In this document: piece by piece, positions 26,402-35,084 of the stretch | Position numbering within the stretch: the first letter of the stretch is position 1 | Layout of the letters: each line of letters opens with the position of its first letter | Assembly: GCA_964533375.1 (NCBI GenBank) | Contig: CAZHLW010000003.1 | Span: 17,823-81,822, forward strand | DNA: 64,000 bases | Source of the DNA: an uncultured Candidatus Peribacteria bacterium | Lineage (GTDB): Bacteria > Patescibacteriota > Gracilibacteria > Peribacterales > Peribacteraceae | Reading direction: 5' to 3' | Notes under the pieces: model-generated | Told to the model about the DNA's origin: nothing | The model's input: only the letters and a program-made list of their open reading frames with translations | Database searches by the model: none | Made by a program: the position numbers and the translations under genes

Positions 26402-27169
26402 TTATTTGAGGAGATTATCAAAAACCTTCTTGAAAGACGCGAAGTCCTGCGCACCCTGAATCAGGGCTGTTTTGCCATCCGGTCCAAGCACCCAGAAAGA
26501 CGGCACACCACCGACTCCCCCGTCACTTGCGGCCTTCATATCCTCTTCAATCTGCGGGATAGTGGCCCCGGTATCAATGCAGTAGTACATCGCTTCGGTG
26601 TCGATGCCGTTCAGCGACTGGAAAGCGGCATAGACATCGTCCGCAGTCAGCTCGTCACCGTCTTTGGTGGCAGCGAAGAATTTCTTCTGAAGCTGGAGTG
26701 CGTAGCCTTCCGACTGCTCTCTGCTGCATTCAATAGCCTGAGCTGCAACGGATGCTGCTGCATGGAAACTTAAGGGCAAGTTGCGGAACACGAAGCGAAC
26801 TTTGCCGGGTGTAATGTAACGCTTCTGGATAGTGGGCAGTGTTTTCAAAGCAAACTGCGTGCAGAACGGACACGCATAGTCGATAAATTCCACAACAGTG
26901 ATGGGCGCGTCAGCATCACCAAGTGTGTAGCCGTTTGCAGGAAGAGCAGGCGTGTAGTCCCCTACTTTCTGATACGGCGTATTAATAGTCGCTTTTGGCG
27001 TCGTGGAGCCATTTGTACGAGTCGTAGCCTGCGTCTGGCGGCCTTCACGATGGGTGTTTACCAGAGTGCGGCGGGACACACGCTCTGTGCCCTTGATGGT
27101 GTAGGCAGAAGCGAGAGCGGGCTGGAGTGCAAATGTCAGAGTCAGTGCGGAGAGAAAGAGTTTGTGCAT
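26402..27169 (-). CDS. Secreted DsbA-like thiol:disulfide oxidoreductase (thioredoxin fold)
   Basis: Internal ATG giving 255 aa. Signal peptide (MHKLFLSALTLTFALQPALASA) and a CPFC active site in VVEFIDYACPFCTQF. Confidence 0.8.
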   Translation of the reverse strand: MHKLFLSALTLTFALQPALASAYTIKGTERVSRRTLVNTHREGRQTQATTRTNGSTTPKATINTPYQKVGDYTPALPANGYTLGDADAPITVVEFIDYACPFCTQFALKTLPTIQKRYITPGKVRFVFRNLPLSFHAAASVAAQAIECSREQSEGYALQLQKKFFAATKDGDELTADDVYAAFQSLNGIDTEAMYYCIDTGATIPQIEEDMKAASDGGVGGVPSFWVLGPDGKTALIQGAQDFASFKKVFDNLLK

Positions 27170-27225
27170 AGATAATAAGGGGTAGGTCTTGATGGTAGAG
27201 GGAGCGGAAGCTGGGAGCAAGAATT

Positions 27226-27360
27226 GCCTCACCCCCGACCCCTCTCCATACCCCAACCGCACGCCGCTGGAGAGGGGAGCAGTTTTTCATTCTATAAAGA
27301 AAGCCAGTTCCCCTCTCCCGTTGGAATCCAGGCGGCAGGGAGAGGGGCTAGGGGTGAGGC
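27226..27360. repeat. Nested inverted repeats (G/C-rich GGAGAGGGG / CCCCTCTCC arms)
   Basis: Outer arms are GCCTCACCCCCGACCCCTCTCC (27226-27247) and GGGAGAGGGGCTAGGGGTGAGGC (27338-27360). Inner arms are GGAGAGGGGA (about 27269-27278) and TCCCCTCTCC (27309-27318). It lies in the divergent spacer between the DsbA-like gene and lysS. Confidence 0.75.
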
Positions 27361-27406
27361 AGAAACCTAGCTTCAAACGCCAACTCTTTTTCCCTATACT
27401 CCGCCC

Positions 27407-29539
27407 ATGGATTCCTTCCGACAGAAAAAGGCCGACGCAATCCGCGCAAAGGGCGGGCAGCCGTATGCTGCAAAATTTAACCGGACGCATACATTGAGCG
27501 AAGGGCGTGATGCCGCAGAGGATACGGCGATGACCGTCTGTGGCCGTGTCATGCTGATGCGCGATATGGGAAAGATGGCGTTTCTCACGCTTCAGGACCA
27601 TACCGGGCGCTTGCAGCTGGTCTTCAAAGCGGATGATCTCGGCGCGGATATATATAAGGAAGCAATGAACCTGATCGACCTGGGCGATATTGTGGGTGTG
27701 AGCGGCAAGCGCTTTGCCACACAGAAAGGCGAACCGAGTGTGATGGTGGAAAACTGGCAGATGCTGAGCAAGGCTCTCCGCCAGCCGCCGGAAAAGTGGC
27801 ACGGCATTGCCGATCAGGAAACTGCCTGGCGTCAGCGGTATCTGGACATGACCAGTAATCGTGAGACGTTTGACCGGTTCCAGTTTAGGTCGAACTTTAT
27901 CCAGCGCCTTCGTAAGTTTTACTGGGACGAAGGATTTACCGAAGTCGAAACACCGGTGCTGGTGAATGCTGCGTCCGGCGCACTGGCGACTCCGTTTCAG
28001 ACGCACCACATGGCCTACGACAGCGATATGTTCCTGCGTATTGCCCCGGAAACCTTTCTGAAGGAATGTCTGGTGGGAGGGTTCGATAAGGTGTTTGAAT
28101 TGGGGCGGGTGTTCCGCAATGAAGGGCTGGACCCAAGTCACCTGCAGGACTTCACGATGGTCGAGCACTACGCTTCCTACTGGGACTACGTCGCAAACAT
28201 GGATTTTGCGGAGAAGATGATTCCGACTATTTTGATGGATCTGCTCGGGACGACAAAAGTGAAGATTCCGGACCGCGATGGCAATCTGGTGGAAGTCGAC
28301 TTCAAGGCCGGCTGGCCACGCCTGAGTATCCGGGATGTCATCAAGCAATCCTGCGGGATTGATTTCGAAGAGCACAATTCAGCTTCAGCCCTGAGGGAAG
28401 CCATAAAGTCGAAGGGCATCAAGCTGGATGTGAATGTGGAAGCTCTTGGTCGCGGCAACCTGATTGATCAGCTCTACAAGAAAGTCAGCCGCCCGTCCCT
28501 CATCCAGCCGACCTTCATCATGAAGCATCCGCTGGATTTGTCTCCGCTTGCCCGCAGAAACGACGAAAACCCGAACATCACCGACCGCTTCCAGCTGGTT
28601 GTGGGTGGATGGGAAATCATCAACGCCTACAGCGAACTGGTTGATCCAGTCGATCAGGCCCAGCGCTTTGAGGAGCAGGCAAAGGCAAATGCCGGTGGTG
28701 ATAGCGATGCGCACAGAAAAGATGATGAGTATGTAACAGCTCTCGAATACGGATGTCCTCCGTGTTCCGGCTTTGGCATGGGAATCGACCGCATTGTGGC
28801 ACTTCTCACACAGCAGACCAATTTGCGCGATGTGGTTCTTTTCCCGTTGATGAAACCCGATGTAAGTGATCAGCGATCAGAGATCAGGGATCAGGATACA
28901 AAAAAGAAAAATTCCACCCCCGATTACCGATTACCGATTACCGATCACCCGTTGTTATTACAACATGCAGAATACGGCCACCTTCTGGAAGGCGCCCACG
29001 GGCTCATCGAAGCACACGCCGATATGACCAAGGCCCACCTGATTGCAACGGGTGCTGCTATGGAAGCGCTCGCAAAAAAGTTTGGTGGCGATCCACAGAC
29101 CTGGAAAGTGGCAGGCATGCTCCATGATTTGGACTGGGATCAGTTGAACAAAGATTTTGCACAACACTGTGGTGACACATTGGAACACCTCCTCTCGACT
29201 ATCAAAGCTCCGCAAGAATTACTGGCAGACATCCGTGCTCACTACGCAGATAAATATGGTGAGGACTATCCGCTCGATACCATGCTCCGCAAATGTTTGT
29301 ACTGTGTGGATGAACTGACAGGCTTCATTATTGCGGTCACAAAGGTTCGCCCCAGCAAACAGATAGCCGATGTGGAAGTGAGCAGCGTAAAAAAGAAACT
29401 GAAAGACAAGGCGTTTGCGGCTCAGGTTAGCCGTGAACAGATCAGCAGCTGCGAGAGGATCATTCCTATGCCGCTGGATGAATTCATTGCAATAACATTG
29501 GATGCTATGAAGAATGTTGCAGCTGAATTAGGTCTTTAA
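27407..29539 (+). CDS. lysS: Lysyl-tRNA synthetase (class II) fused to a C-terminal HD-domain hydrolase
   Basis: 710 aa. Residues 1-485 are a complete class II LysRS (OB fold, motifs 1-3, ending VVLFPLMKPD). Residues 486-515 are a linker. Residues 516-710 carry H...HD (HLIATGAAM...GMLHDLDWD), typical of the HD superfamily. Confidence 0.85.
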   Translation: MDSFRQKKADAIRAKGGQPYAAKFNRTHTLSEGRDAAEDTAMTVCGRVMLMRDMGKMAFLTLQDHTGRLQLVFKADDLGADIYKEAMNLIDLGDIVGVSGKRFATQKGEPSVMVENWQMLSKALRQPPEKWHGIADQETAWRQRYLDMTSNRETFDRFQFRSNFIQRLRKFYWDEGFTEVETPVLVNAASGALATPFQTHHMAYDSDMFLRIAPETFLKECLVGGFDKVFELGRVFRNEGLDPSHLQDFTMVEHYASYWDYVANMDFAEKMIPTILMDLLGTTKVKIPDRDGNLVEVDFKAGWPRLSIRDVIKQSCGIDFEEHNSASALREAIKSKGIKLDVNVEALGRGNLIDQLYKKVSRPSLIQPTFIMKHPLDLSPLARRNDENPNITDRFQLVVGGWEIINAYSELVDPVDQAQRFEEQAKANAGGDSDAHRKDDEYVTALEYGCPPCSGFGMGIDRIVALLTQQTNLRDVVLFPLMKPDVSDQRSEIRDQDTKKKNSTPDYRLPITDHPLLLQHAEYGHLLEGAHGLIEAHADMTKAHLIATGAAMEALAKKFGGDPQTWKVAGMLHDLDWDQLNKDFAQHCGDTLEHLLSTIKAPQELLADIRAHYADKYGEDYPLDTMLRKCLYCVDELTGFIIAVTKVRPSKQIADVEVSSVKKKLKDKAFAAQVSREQISSCERIIPMPLDEFIAITLDAMKNVAAELGL
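28866..28950. repeat. Heptamer-palindrome element inside the lysS ORF (encodes the LysRS-HD linker)
   Basis: Left arm is GTGATCAGC GATCAGA GATCAGG GATCAGG. The core is AAAAAAGAAAAATTCCACCCC. The right arm is CGATTAC x3 plus CGATCAC. The arms are partly complementary. The element is read in frame as VSDQRSEIRDQDTKKKNSTPDYRLPITDHP. Confidence 0.75.
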
Positions 29540-29541
29540 TG

Positions 29542-29575
29542 CGACTTGCCCGCCGTAGCCCAAAGGGCAAAGTCG
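29542..29575 (+). other. Hairpin downstream of lysS-HD (CGACTTGCCC...GGGCAAAGTCG)
   Basis: 9-10 bp stem with one bulge and no U-run. Its left arm matches the GACTTGCCC of the r-protein spacer motif. Confidence 0.35.
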
Positions 29576-29621
29576 GGTGAAAGGGGTGGCACAGGAACTC
29601 GGCCTCTGATATCACTGGCCT

Positions 29622-30884
29622 GTGATGCATTTTCTCGCACGCAGGCACCGCTCACAAACGTATCAGCGTTTTATAGAAAGAATAAAACGTCTGCTGGGAC
29701 CGGGGCTTTTTTACACGATCAAGAACGGACCACGGCAGGCATTTGCGATGATGTACCGCCGGAAGCGTCAAAAGATCCGCCGGAAGGCGACGGGAAATGC
29801 GGACTTCATTCTGGTGATTGATCAACAGGTGCCTTCTGCTGACCGCAGCTCCGGGGAATGCAGAATGGATGCACTGTTGAGACTTTTGGCGGAAACAGGA
29901 AAGGACGTGTTTTTTCTTGGCGAAGATACGGCGCGGAAACCCGCCGAGGATTCACTCCGTGCGGCAGGTATCCACGTACTTCATGAATCCGTAAAAGGGT
30001 ATCTGAAACATGCAGGGAAACTGTATGGAACGGTGATTTTCAGCAGGGCGCACATAGCGGAGCAGTACATGGACGCAGTTGAACGGTATGCACCGCAGGC
30101 AGCCATCGTGTTTGATACGGTCGATCTGCACCATGTGCGCATGAAGCGCGCAGCGGAGGTGAAAAAAAGCGATGCGCTCCTGCAAGATGCGCGGAAGATG
30201 GAGAAAATTGAGTTGTCTCTTGCAGCGCGTGCGGATTGCACTCTTGTCGTGAGTGAGGCGGAGAAGCGGTATCTGCAGGAACGTCTGGCGGATGCGCATA
30301 TTTGTGTTCTCTCGAATATCAGCAGTGATCCGGTCAGACCGCATATGGCGCCGGAGCGCAGGCACATGCTCTTTGTGGGAAATTTTTATCATGACCCGAA
30401 CGAGGATGGTATCCGCTGGTTTGTGACTGATGTGTTGCCGCTTATCTGCAAACAACTACCGGATGCAGTATTGGATATTGTGGGATACGGCAGTGATGTG
30501 TTTGTGAAAGACCTGGCTGGCGATGGAATAAGAGTGCATGGACATCAGCCCTTCCTGAAGCCATTTTTTGAGAGTGCACGCGTTTCGGTCGCACCGCTGC
30601 GGTACGGTGCCGGCGTGAAAGGAAAAATATCGATGTCCATGAGCGAAGGCGTTCCGTGTGTCACAACATCTACAGGTGCGGAGGGCATGGATTTAAAAAA
30701 TAATGAGACAGTGCTGATTGCAGATACGCCGGAAGCCTTTGCGGCAGCCGTACTCCGTTTGTATTCCGACGATACACTGTGGATAAAGATTGCGACTTTT
30801 GCCCAGCAGCAAGGGCTGCATCTTTTTTCCAAAGAAAAAGCGCGCCATGCGGTGGAAGAGATGTTTGCTATGATCCGCTCATGA
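29622..30884 (+). CDS. Glycosyltransferase, GT-B fold (GT1/GT4-like C-terminal domain)
   Basis: 420 aa. The track start is GTG, with an ATG one codon later. C-terminal LFVGNFYH.PNEDG...SVAPLRYGAGVKGKI..SMSEGVPCVTTSTGAEGM. Confidence 0.7.
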   Translation: MMHFLARRHRSQTYQRFIERIKRLLGPGLFYTIKNGPRQAFAMMYRRKRQKIRRKATGNADFILVIDQQVPSADRSSGECRMDALLRLLAETGKDVFFLGEDTARKPAEDSLRAAGIHVLHESVKGYLKHAGKLYGTVIFSRAHIAEQYMDAVERYAPQAAIVFDTVDLHHVRMKRAAEVKKSDALLQDARKMEKIELSLAARADCTLVVSEAEKRYLQERLADAHICVLSNISSDPVRPHMAPERRHMLFVGNFYHDPNEDGIRWFVTDVLPLICKQLPDAVLDIVGYGSDVFVKDLAGDGIRVHGHQPFLKPFFESARVSVAPLRYGAGVKGKISMSMSEGVPCVTTSTGAEGMDLKNNETVLIADTPEAFAAAVLRLYSDDTLWIKIATFAQQQGLHLFSKEKARHAVEEMFAMIRS

Positions 30885-31741
30885 AGAGCCCTGGAATCAG
30901 CATCGTCATCTGCACGCATAACCCGACAGAAACCTTTGAGCAGGCGCTTGCGAGTGTGGACAGATTGGAGAACCGGGACCAGACCGAAATTCTGGTGATT
31001 GAAAACGCGTGTCATGCCGCATCAAAAGAAAAGATACATATACTTTTGAAAGACCGGCCGTGGATACGGTTGATTGAGGAACCGACGCTCGGGCTGTCTG
31101 TTGCGCGAAACCGCGGTCTACGCGAAGCGCGGGCACCGGTTGTCGGATTTATCGATGACGATGCGGAACTATCGCCACAATGGGGACATGTGATACTTGA
31201 TACGTTTGCCAGACACCCCGAAGCGGGTGCGGTGGGAGGAAAAGTGGTTCTGGAGTATCTGTCGCCTCCACCGGCTTTTTTGACGGATCTGCACCGGTTG
31301 TACCTTGGATGGTTCGATTGCGGACCGGAGGAAAAAATTCTGTCATTTCCCGACTGTCCGCGCGGCTGCAATATGGCATTCCGCACAGAAGCACTGTCTG
31401 CTGTCGACAGCTTTTCGCCGTGGCTGGGAAAAATCGGCGACAGTCTGGCGTGCTTCGAGGAAATTGATCTCTGCCAGCGCCTGATGCAAGCCGGATGGAT
31501 CAGTCTGTACCAACCCGATGCAGTGGTAACACATCTGATTGAAGCATTCCGCTATCAGCCGGACTGGTTTGTACAAAGAACCTACGAACAGGGGAAATCC
31601 GTGCGGATTTTTGAGCGCCTTGCGGGTTCCTTCTTCCCGTCACCCGCATCTCTGCGGCGCCTGTGTAGTAGCGGCCGACTCGAACGGCTCTTCGCACGCG
31701 GTTACCTGGCGGGGTGCAGGGCAAAATTGCACACGAGATAG
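30881..31741 (+). CDS. Glycosyltransferase family 2
   Basis: Internal ATG overlapping the upstream stop (ATGA), giving 287 aa. ISIVICTHN...LVIENAC...GFIDDDA (DxD). Confidence 0.75.
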   Translation: MKSPGISIVICTHNPTETFEQALASVDRLENRDQTEILVIENACHAASKEKIHILLKDRPWIRLIEEPTLGLSVARNRGLREARAPVVGFIDDDAELSPQWGHVILDTFARHPEAGAVGGKVVLEYLSPPPAFLTDLHRLYLGWFDCGPEEKILSFPDCPRGCNMAFRTEALSAVDSFSPWLGKIGDSLACFEEIDLCQRLMQAGWISLYQPDAVVTHLIEAFRYQPDWFVQRTYEQGKSVRIFERLAGSFFPSPASLRRLCSSGRLERLFARGYLAGCRAKLHTR

Positions 31742-31788
31742 CTGCTGTTTTCATTGGCAGGCCATGTGCTATTCTTCGCCTCCTGCCT

Positions 31789-34191
31789 ATGGATCGCTTC
31801 TGGTTCTCCGTCATCCGGCCCTGTCTGTCCTTTATCGGGGCGCGTGTAATTGCGGAAATCGGGACAGGGAAAGGAGACACTGCCGTTCTTGCGGCGGATT
31901 TCTGCAGGGAACACGGTGCACGCTTTCATACTATTGATACGGCTCCGGCGTTGGATGTGCGTGTTTTTGAGGAAACCCATGCCCCGTACATCACCTGTTA
32001 CCGCGGACGCAGTCTGGATATTTTGCCACACATTCCAACCTACGATGCCATCCTGATAGATGGCGATCACAACTGGTACAGCGTGTTCCATGAACTGGAG
32101 CTTGTCGAACGCCGGCGGCGCGAAACCGATGTGCAGTGCATGGTCTTTCTGCATGATACCGGCTGGCCATATGGACGGCGGGACCTGTACTACGACATCA
32201 CTCTCATCCCGGAAGAATTCCGGCAGGAATCGGAAGTAGCGGGTATCGATCCCGCAACGGATACGCTCTCGCCTGTCGGTTTCAATGCAAGACTGCGGCA
32301 TGCGAAAAAGGCAGGTGGCGACCGGAACGGCGTCCTGACGGCGGTAGAGGATTTTCTGCGCTCTCATCTCGACTGGCAGATTGTGACCGTACCGGGTTTC
32401 TTCGGCCTGAGCATTCTGATCCCCCAGCCGCTTTTAGATGCCTATCCGGATTTTTTGCGGTTTTTGGAACTGATCGTTCCCTCAGAAGAAATGGAGGAAC
32501 ATCTGAAAGAAATCGAGGCAGATAGAATCGTCCATCTTGCGCTATCGCAATCGGTACGGAAAACGAACGATGCCTTGCTGACACAGCTGGAAGAAAAAAA
32601 TATACACATCCGGGAACTGTCAGAGGCAAAAAAAACAGACCCTGCGGAAGAACAGGCAATTGCACAATTGAGGCATATGGAAAGCACGCTGAGCTGGAAA
32701 ATAACGGCACCTCTGCGTATTGCCGGGGCACTACTGCGACGGGATCTGTCTGTCTATAGCGACATGTGGGTACGGATGGGCAGGCCGTTTCCGCGAACCA
32801 TGCGTTTCCTCCGGCACAGACTGCTGGGTGCATTTTTGCCTGCAACGGTTGTAAGTATCCCGCAGCAGATGGTATCGGACACGGCGGTCATTGTCGTTTG
32901 TCCGGAGACGGCTATGTATCTTCCGGATACGCTCGACAGCCTGCTCAATCAGAGCCGGCGCCCCGCGGATATCCTGGTTGTCCGGACAAGTGACGTGCGG
33001 GACGATGTGACGGGCGTCCTGCTTCCCTATCTGGATAAAGGAGTCCGTTTTCTGCAGAGCGGATTTACGACGGCGCTTGCCGCAGCACGTGCCGGAATCA
33101 GCGCGACTACCAGCGGTTTCATCGTGTTTATGGAGAGCGGCGATCTGCTGCACCGCGATTTTGTGGAGTGCAACGAGCTGCTGCTTCTGGAGAATCCCTC
33201 GACAGGTATTGCTATGAGCGATGTCCGTCTCTTTGGCGCACAGAGGGGCTACAGACGCGCACCGGATACCGCAGATACCCATGCACCGCTGTCCATGGAA
33301 AGCCGCCCGCGAAACGGCATCATGATCCGGCGGGAAGCGCTGGAGCAGGCGCGGGGCTGGCCCATGGATCAAAAACAATCGGTCTGGAACGAAATACTGC
33401 AACTGGGATTTCGCGTGCAGCGTAGTATGGGTCTGTACCTGAAACGGGCGACTGCTACAGATATTTTCGCCGACAGCGCGCCGCACAATGCTCTTCTACC
33501 CGCAACGCTCTGTTTGTCTTTAAGCGGACGCAGCTGGGCCTGGCCACTCACAAGCTCCTTTCTGGAAACTCAAACCTATCCCCACGCACTCATCCATCTG
33601 GTGATTGTGGATACGGCGGATGATGCCGCGTTTTCCGCAGTCGTCCGGCGTTGGCTCTCGAGTTGCGACTACCGCAGCGTGACGTATAAAACACTGCGGA
33701 CAGGGCAGAAGGGGCTGGCGGATCTGCCACGTGAAACTGTTGCAAAAGACGTGAGCATTGCCTGTTCCGCTATCTACAATACCTTCGCGCGCACGATCGA
33801 TACACCTCTCGTCTTCACATTGGAGGACGATGTCATTCCACCGCAGGATGCATTCGTGCATTTAAGCACACTGATGACTGGCGACGTGTTGTCTGCTTCC
33901 GCGCTTTACTGGCACCGCGACAAAAAGCAGCCCGTCTGCTGGATCTGGGATCGCGGCGGTCCGGCGTTCCCGGAAAAAGGACACGGCGTGCAGGAGATTG
34001 GCGGAACGGGATTCGGGTGTCTGGCCATCCGCGGAGATGTTTTCCGTAGTACTGTTTTCCAGAGCGGACAGCCGTTTGGAAATTACGATCATAATTTCTT
34101 CGCTCTTCATACGCTCAAAGATTCCAGAACAGCCGTGATCGACTGGGACTGCGTGTGCCGCCATTACCAATCCCCCGACGTATGGTTCTAA
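31789..34191 (+). CDS. Multidomain enzyme: N-terminal class I methyltransferase-like domain, coiled coil, two GT2-like domains
   Basis: About 800 aa from the ATG at 31789; the track ORF starts at a GTG at 31714. Segments: VIAEIGTGKGDT...AILIDGDHNWYSV...FLHDTGWPY; then the coiled coil EEMEEHLKEIEADR...LEEKNIHIRELSEAKK; then AVIVVCPE...LLNQSRRPADILVV and LCLSLSGR...THLVIVDTADD. Confidence 0.6.
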   Translation: MDRFWFSVIRPCLSFIGARVIAEIGTGKGDTAVLAADFCREHGARFHTIDTAPALDVRVFEETHAPYITCYRGRSLDILPHIPTYDAILIDGDHNWYSVFHELELVERRRRETDVQCMVFLHDTGWPYGRRDLYYDITLIPEEFRQESEVAGIDPATDTLSPVGFNARLRHAKKAGGDRNGVLTAVEDFLRSHLDWQIVTVPGFFGLSILIPQPLLDAYPDFLRFLELIVPSEEMEEHLKEIEADRIVHLALSQSVRKTNDALLTQLEEKNIHIRELSEAKKTDPAEEQAIAQLRHMESTLSWKITAPLRIAGALLRRDLSVYSDMWVRMGRPFPRTMRFLRHRLLGAFLPATVVSIPQQMVSDTAVIVVCPETAMYLPDTLDSLLNQSRRPADILVVRTSDVRDDVTGVLLPYLDKGVRFLQSGFTTALAAARAGISATTSGFIVFMESGDLLHRDFVECNELLLLENPSTGIAMSDVRLFGAQRGYRRAPDTADTHAPLSMESRPRNGIMIRREALEQARGWPMDQKQSVWNEILQLGFRVQRSMGLYLKRATATDIFADSAPHNALLPATLCLSLSGRSWAWPLTSSFLETQTYPHALIHLVIVDTADDAAFSAVVRRWLSSCDYRSVTYKTLRTGQKGLADLPRETVAKDVSIACSAIYNTFARTIDTPLVFTLEDDVIPPQDAFVHLSTLMTGDVLSASALYWHRDKKQPVCWIWDRGGPAFPEKGHGVQEIGGTGFGCLAIRGDVFRSTVFQSGQPFGNYDHNFFALHTLKDSRTAVIDWDCVCRHYQSPDVWF

Positions 34192-35084
34192 ATGATGATC
34201 ACCGGCCGCGCATTCTGCTGATTGTGGATATTCCGAATTGGGCTTTCCACACACTGGCACGCGCCATCCAGTCGGGACTCGCCCACCGCTTCCGGTGCGA
34301 TATCATGATCGGATCGCAACTTGCCGCTTTTGACGAAACTGACTACGACCTGATTCATGTGTTCTTTGAAATGGAGCGCAACCATCTGCCATATGTCCAT
34401 GGAAAGACACGCATTCTGAAGAGTGTCTACAGCCATTACTGGCAGCAGTGGGGTATGAGCGTGGCGGATTTTTACAAGACACATCTGCGTGAGGCGCATG
34501 CCGTCTGCGTCCCGAGTGCCTTGCTTGCCGACGCTCTCCGGGAACTGCCGGTACCGGTTTCCATTGCACCCGAAGGAGTGGATACATCGTTCTTTACGCC
34601 CGCTGGGATAAAACGCGAAGGGCCACTGGTAGTCGGCTGGGCGGGACATCCGAACCGGTCCATCAAACGCCTCGAATGGATGAAGGCAGCTACGGACGAC
34701 CTCTGCGAATTACGGCTGACAAACGGGCTGCTGTCACCGGAGGAAATGCGTGAATTTTACAGAAGCGTGGACATCATTGCCTGCAGTTCGATTGCGGAAG
34801 GTGCGCCGCGCCCTCTTATGGAAGGCATGTCGTGCGGACTCTTCCCGCTCAGCTTCGATGTGGGGATTGCAGGGGAACTTATCAACGGAAACCGCAACGG
34901 CTACCTGGTGCAGAACAACACTATTGAAGGACTGCGGAGCGCCGTGGAATGGTGTGTGGAGCATCCGGACAAAATCCGCGATACCGCTTTCCTGAACAGA
35001 AACATCGCAATCGCGCGGCGCGACTGGCGCGTGACGCTCCCTGCACAGGAGCACATTTACGATACTATACTGGCAACGCGGTAG
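34182..35084 (+). CDS. Glycosyltransferase, GT-B fold (GT4-like)
   Basis: Internal ATG giving about 300 aa (RILLIVDIPNWAF...VVGWAGHPN...IACSSIAEGAPRPLMEGMSCG.FPL). Confidence 0.6.
   Translation: MVLNDDHRPRILLIVDIPNWAFHTLARAIQSGLAHRFRCDIMIGSQLAAFDETDYDLIHVFFEMERNHLPYVHGKTRILKSVYSHYWQQWGMSVADFYKTHLREAHAVCVPSALLADALRELPVPVSIAPEGVDTSFFTPAGIKREGPLVVGWAGHPNRSIKRLEWMKAATDDLCELRLTNGLLSPEEMREFYRSVDIIACSSIAEGAPRPLMEGMSCGLFPLSFDVGIAGELINGNRNGYLVQNNTIEGLRSAVEWCVEHPDKIRDTAFLNRNIAIARRDWRVTLPAQEHIYDTILATR

Noticed and set aside
27170-27406. T-box or other known riboswitch leader upstream of lysS
   Set aside because: I could not find the conserved T-box sequence or a specifier-loop arrangement. The structure is a symmetric nested palindrome, more like a REP-type element. 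This needs an Infernal scan to be certain.
27287-28375. 362-aa minus-strand ORF
   Set aside because: It is antisense to the clearly recognisable LysRS catalytic core.
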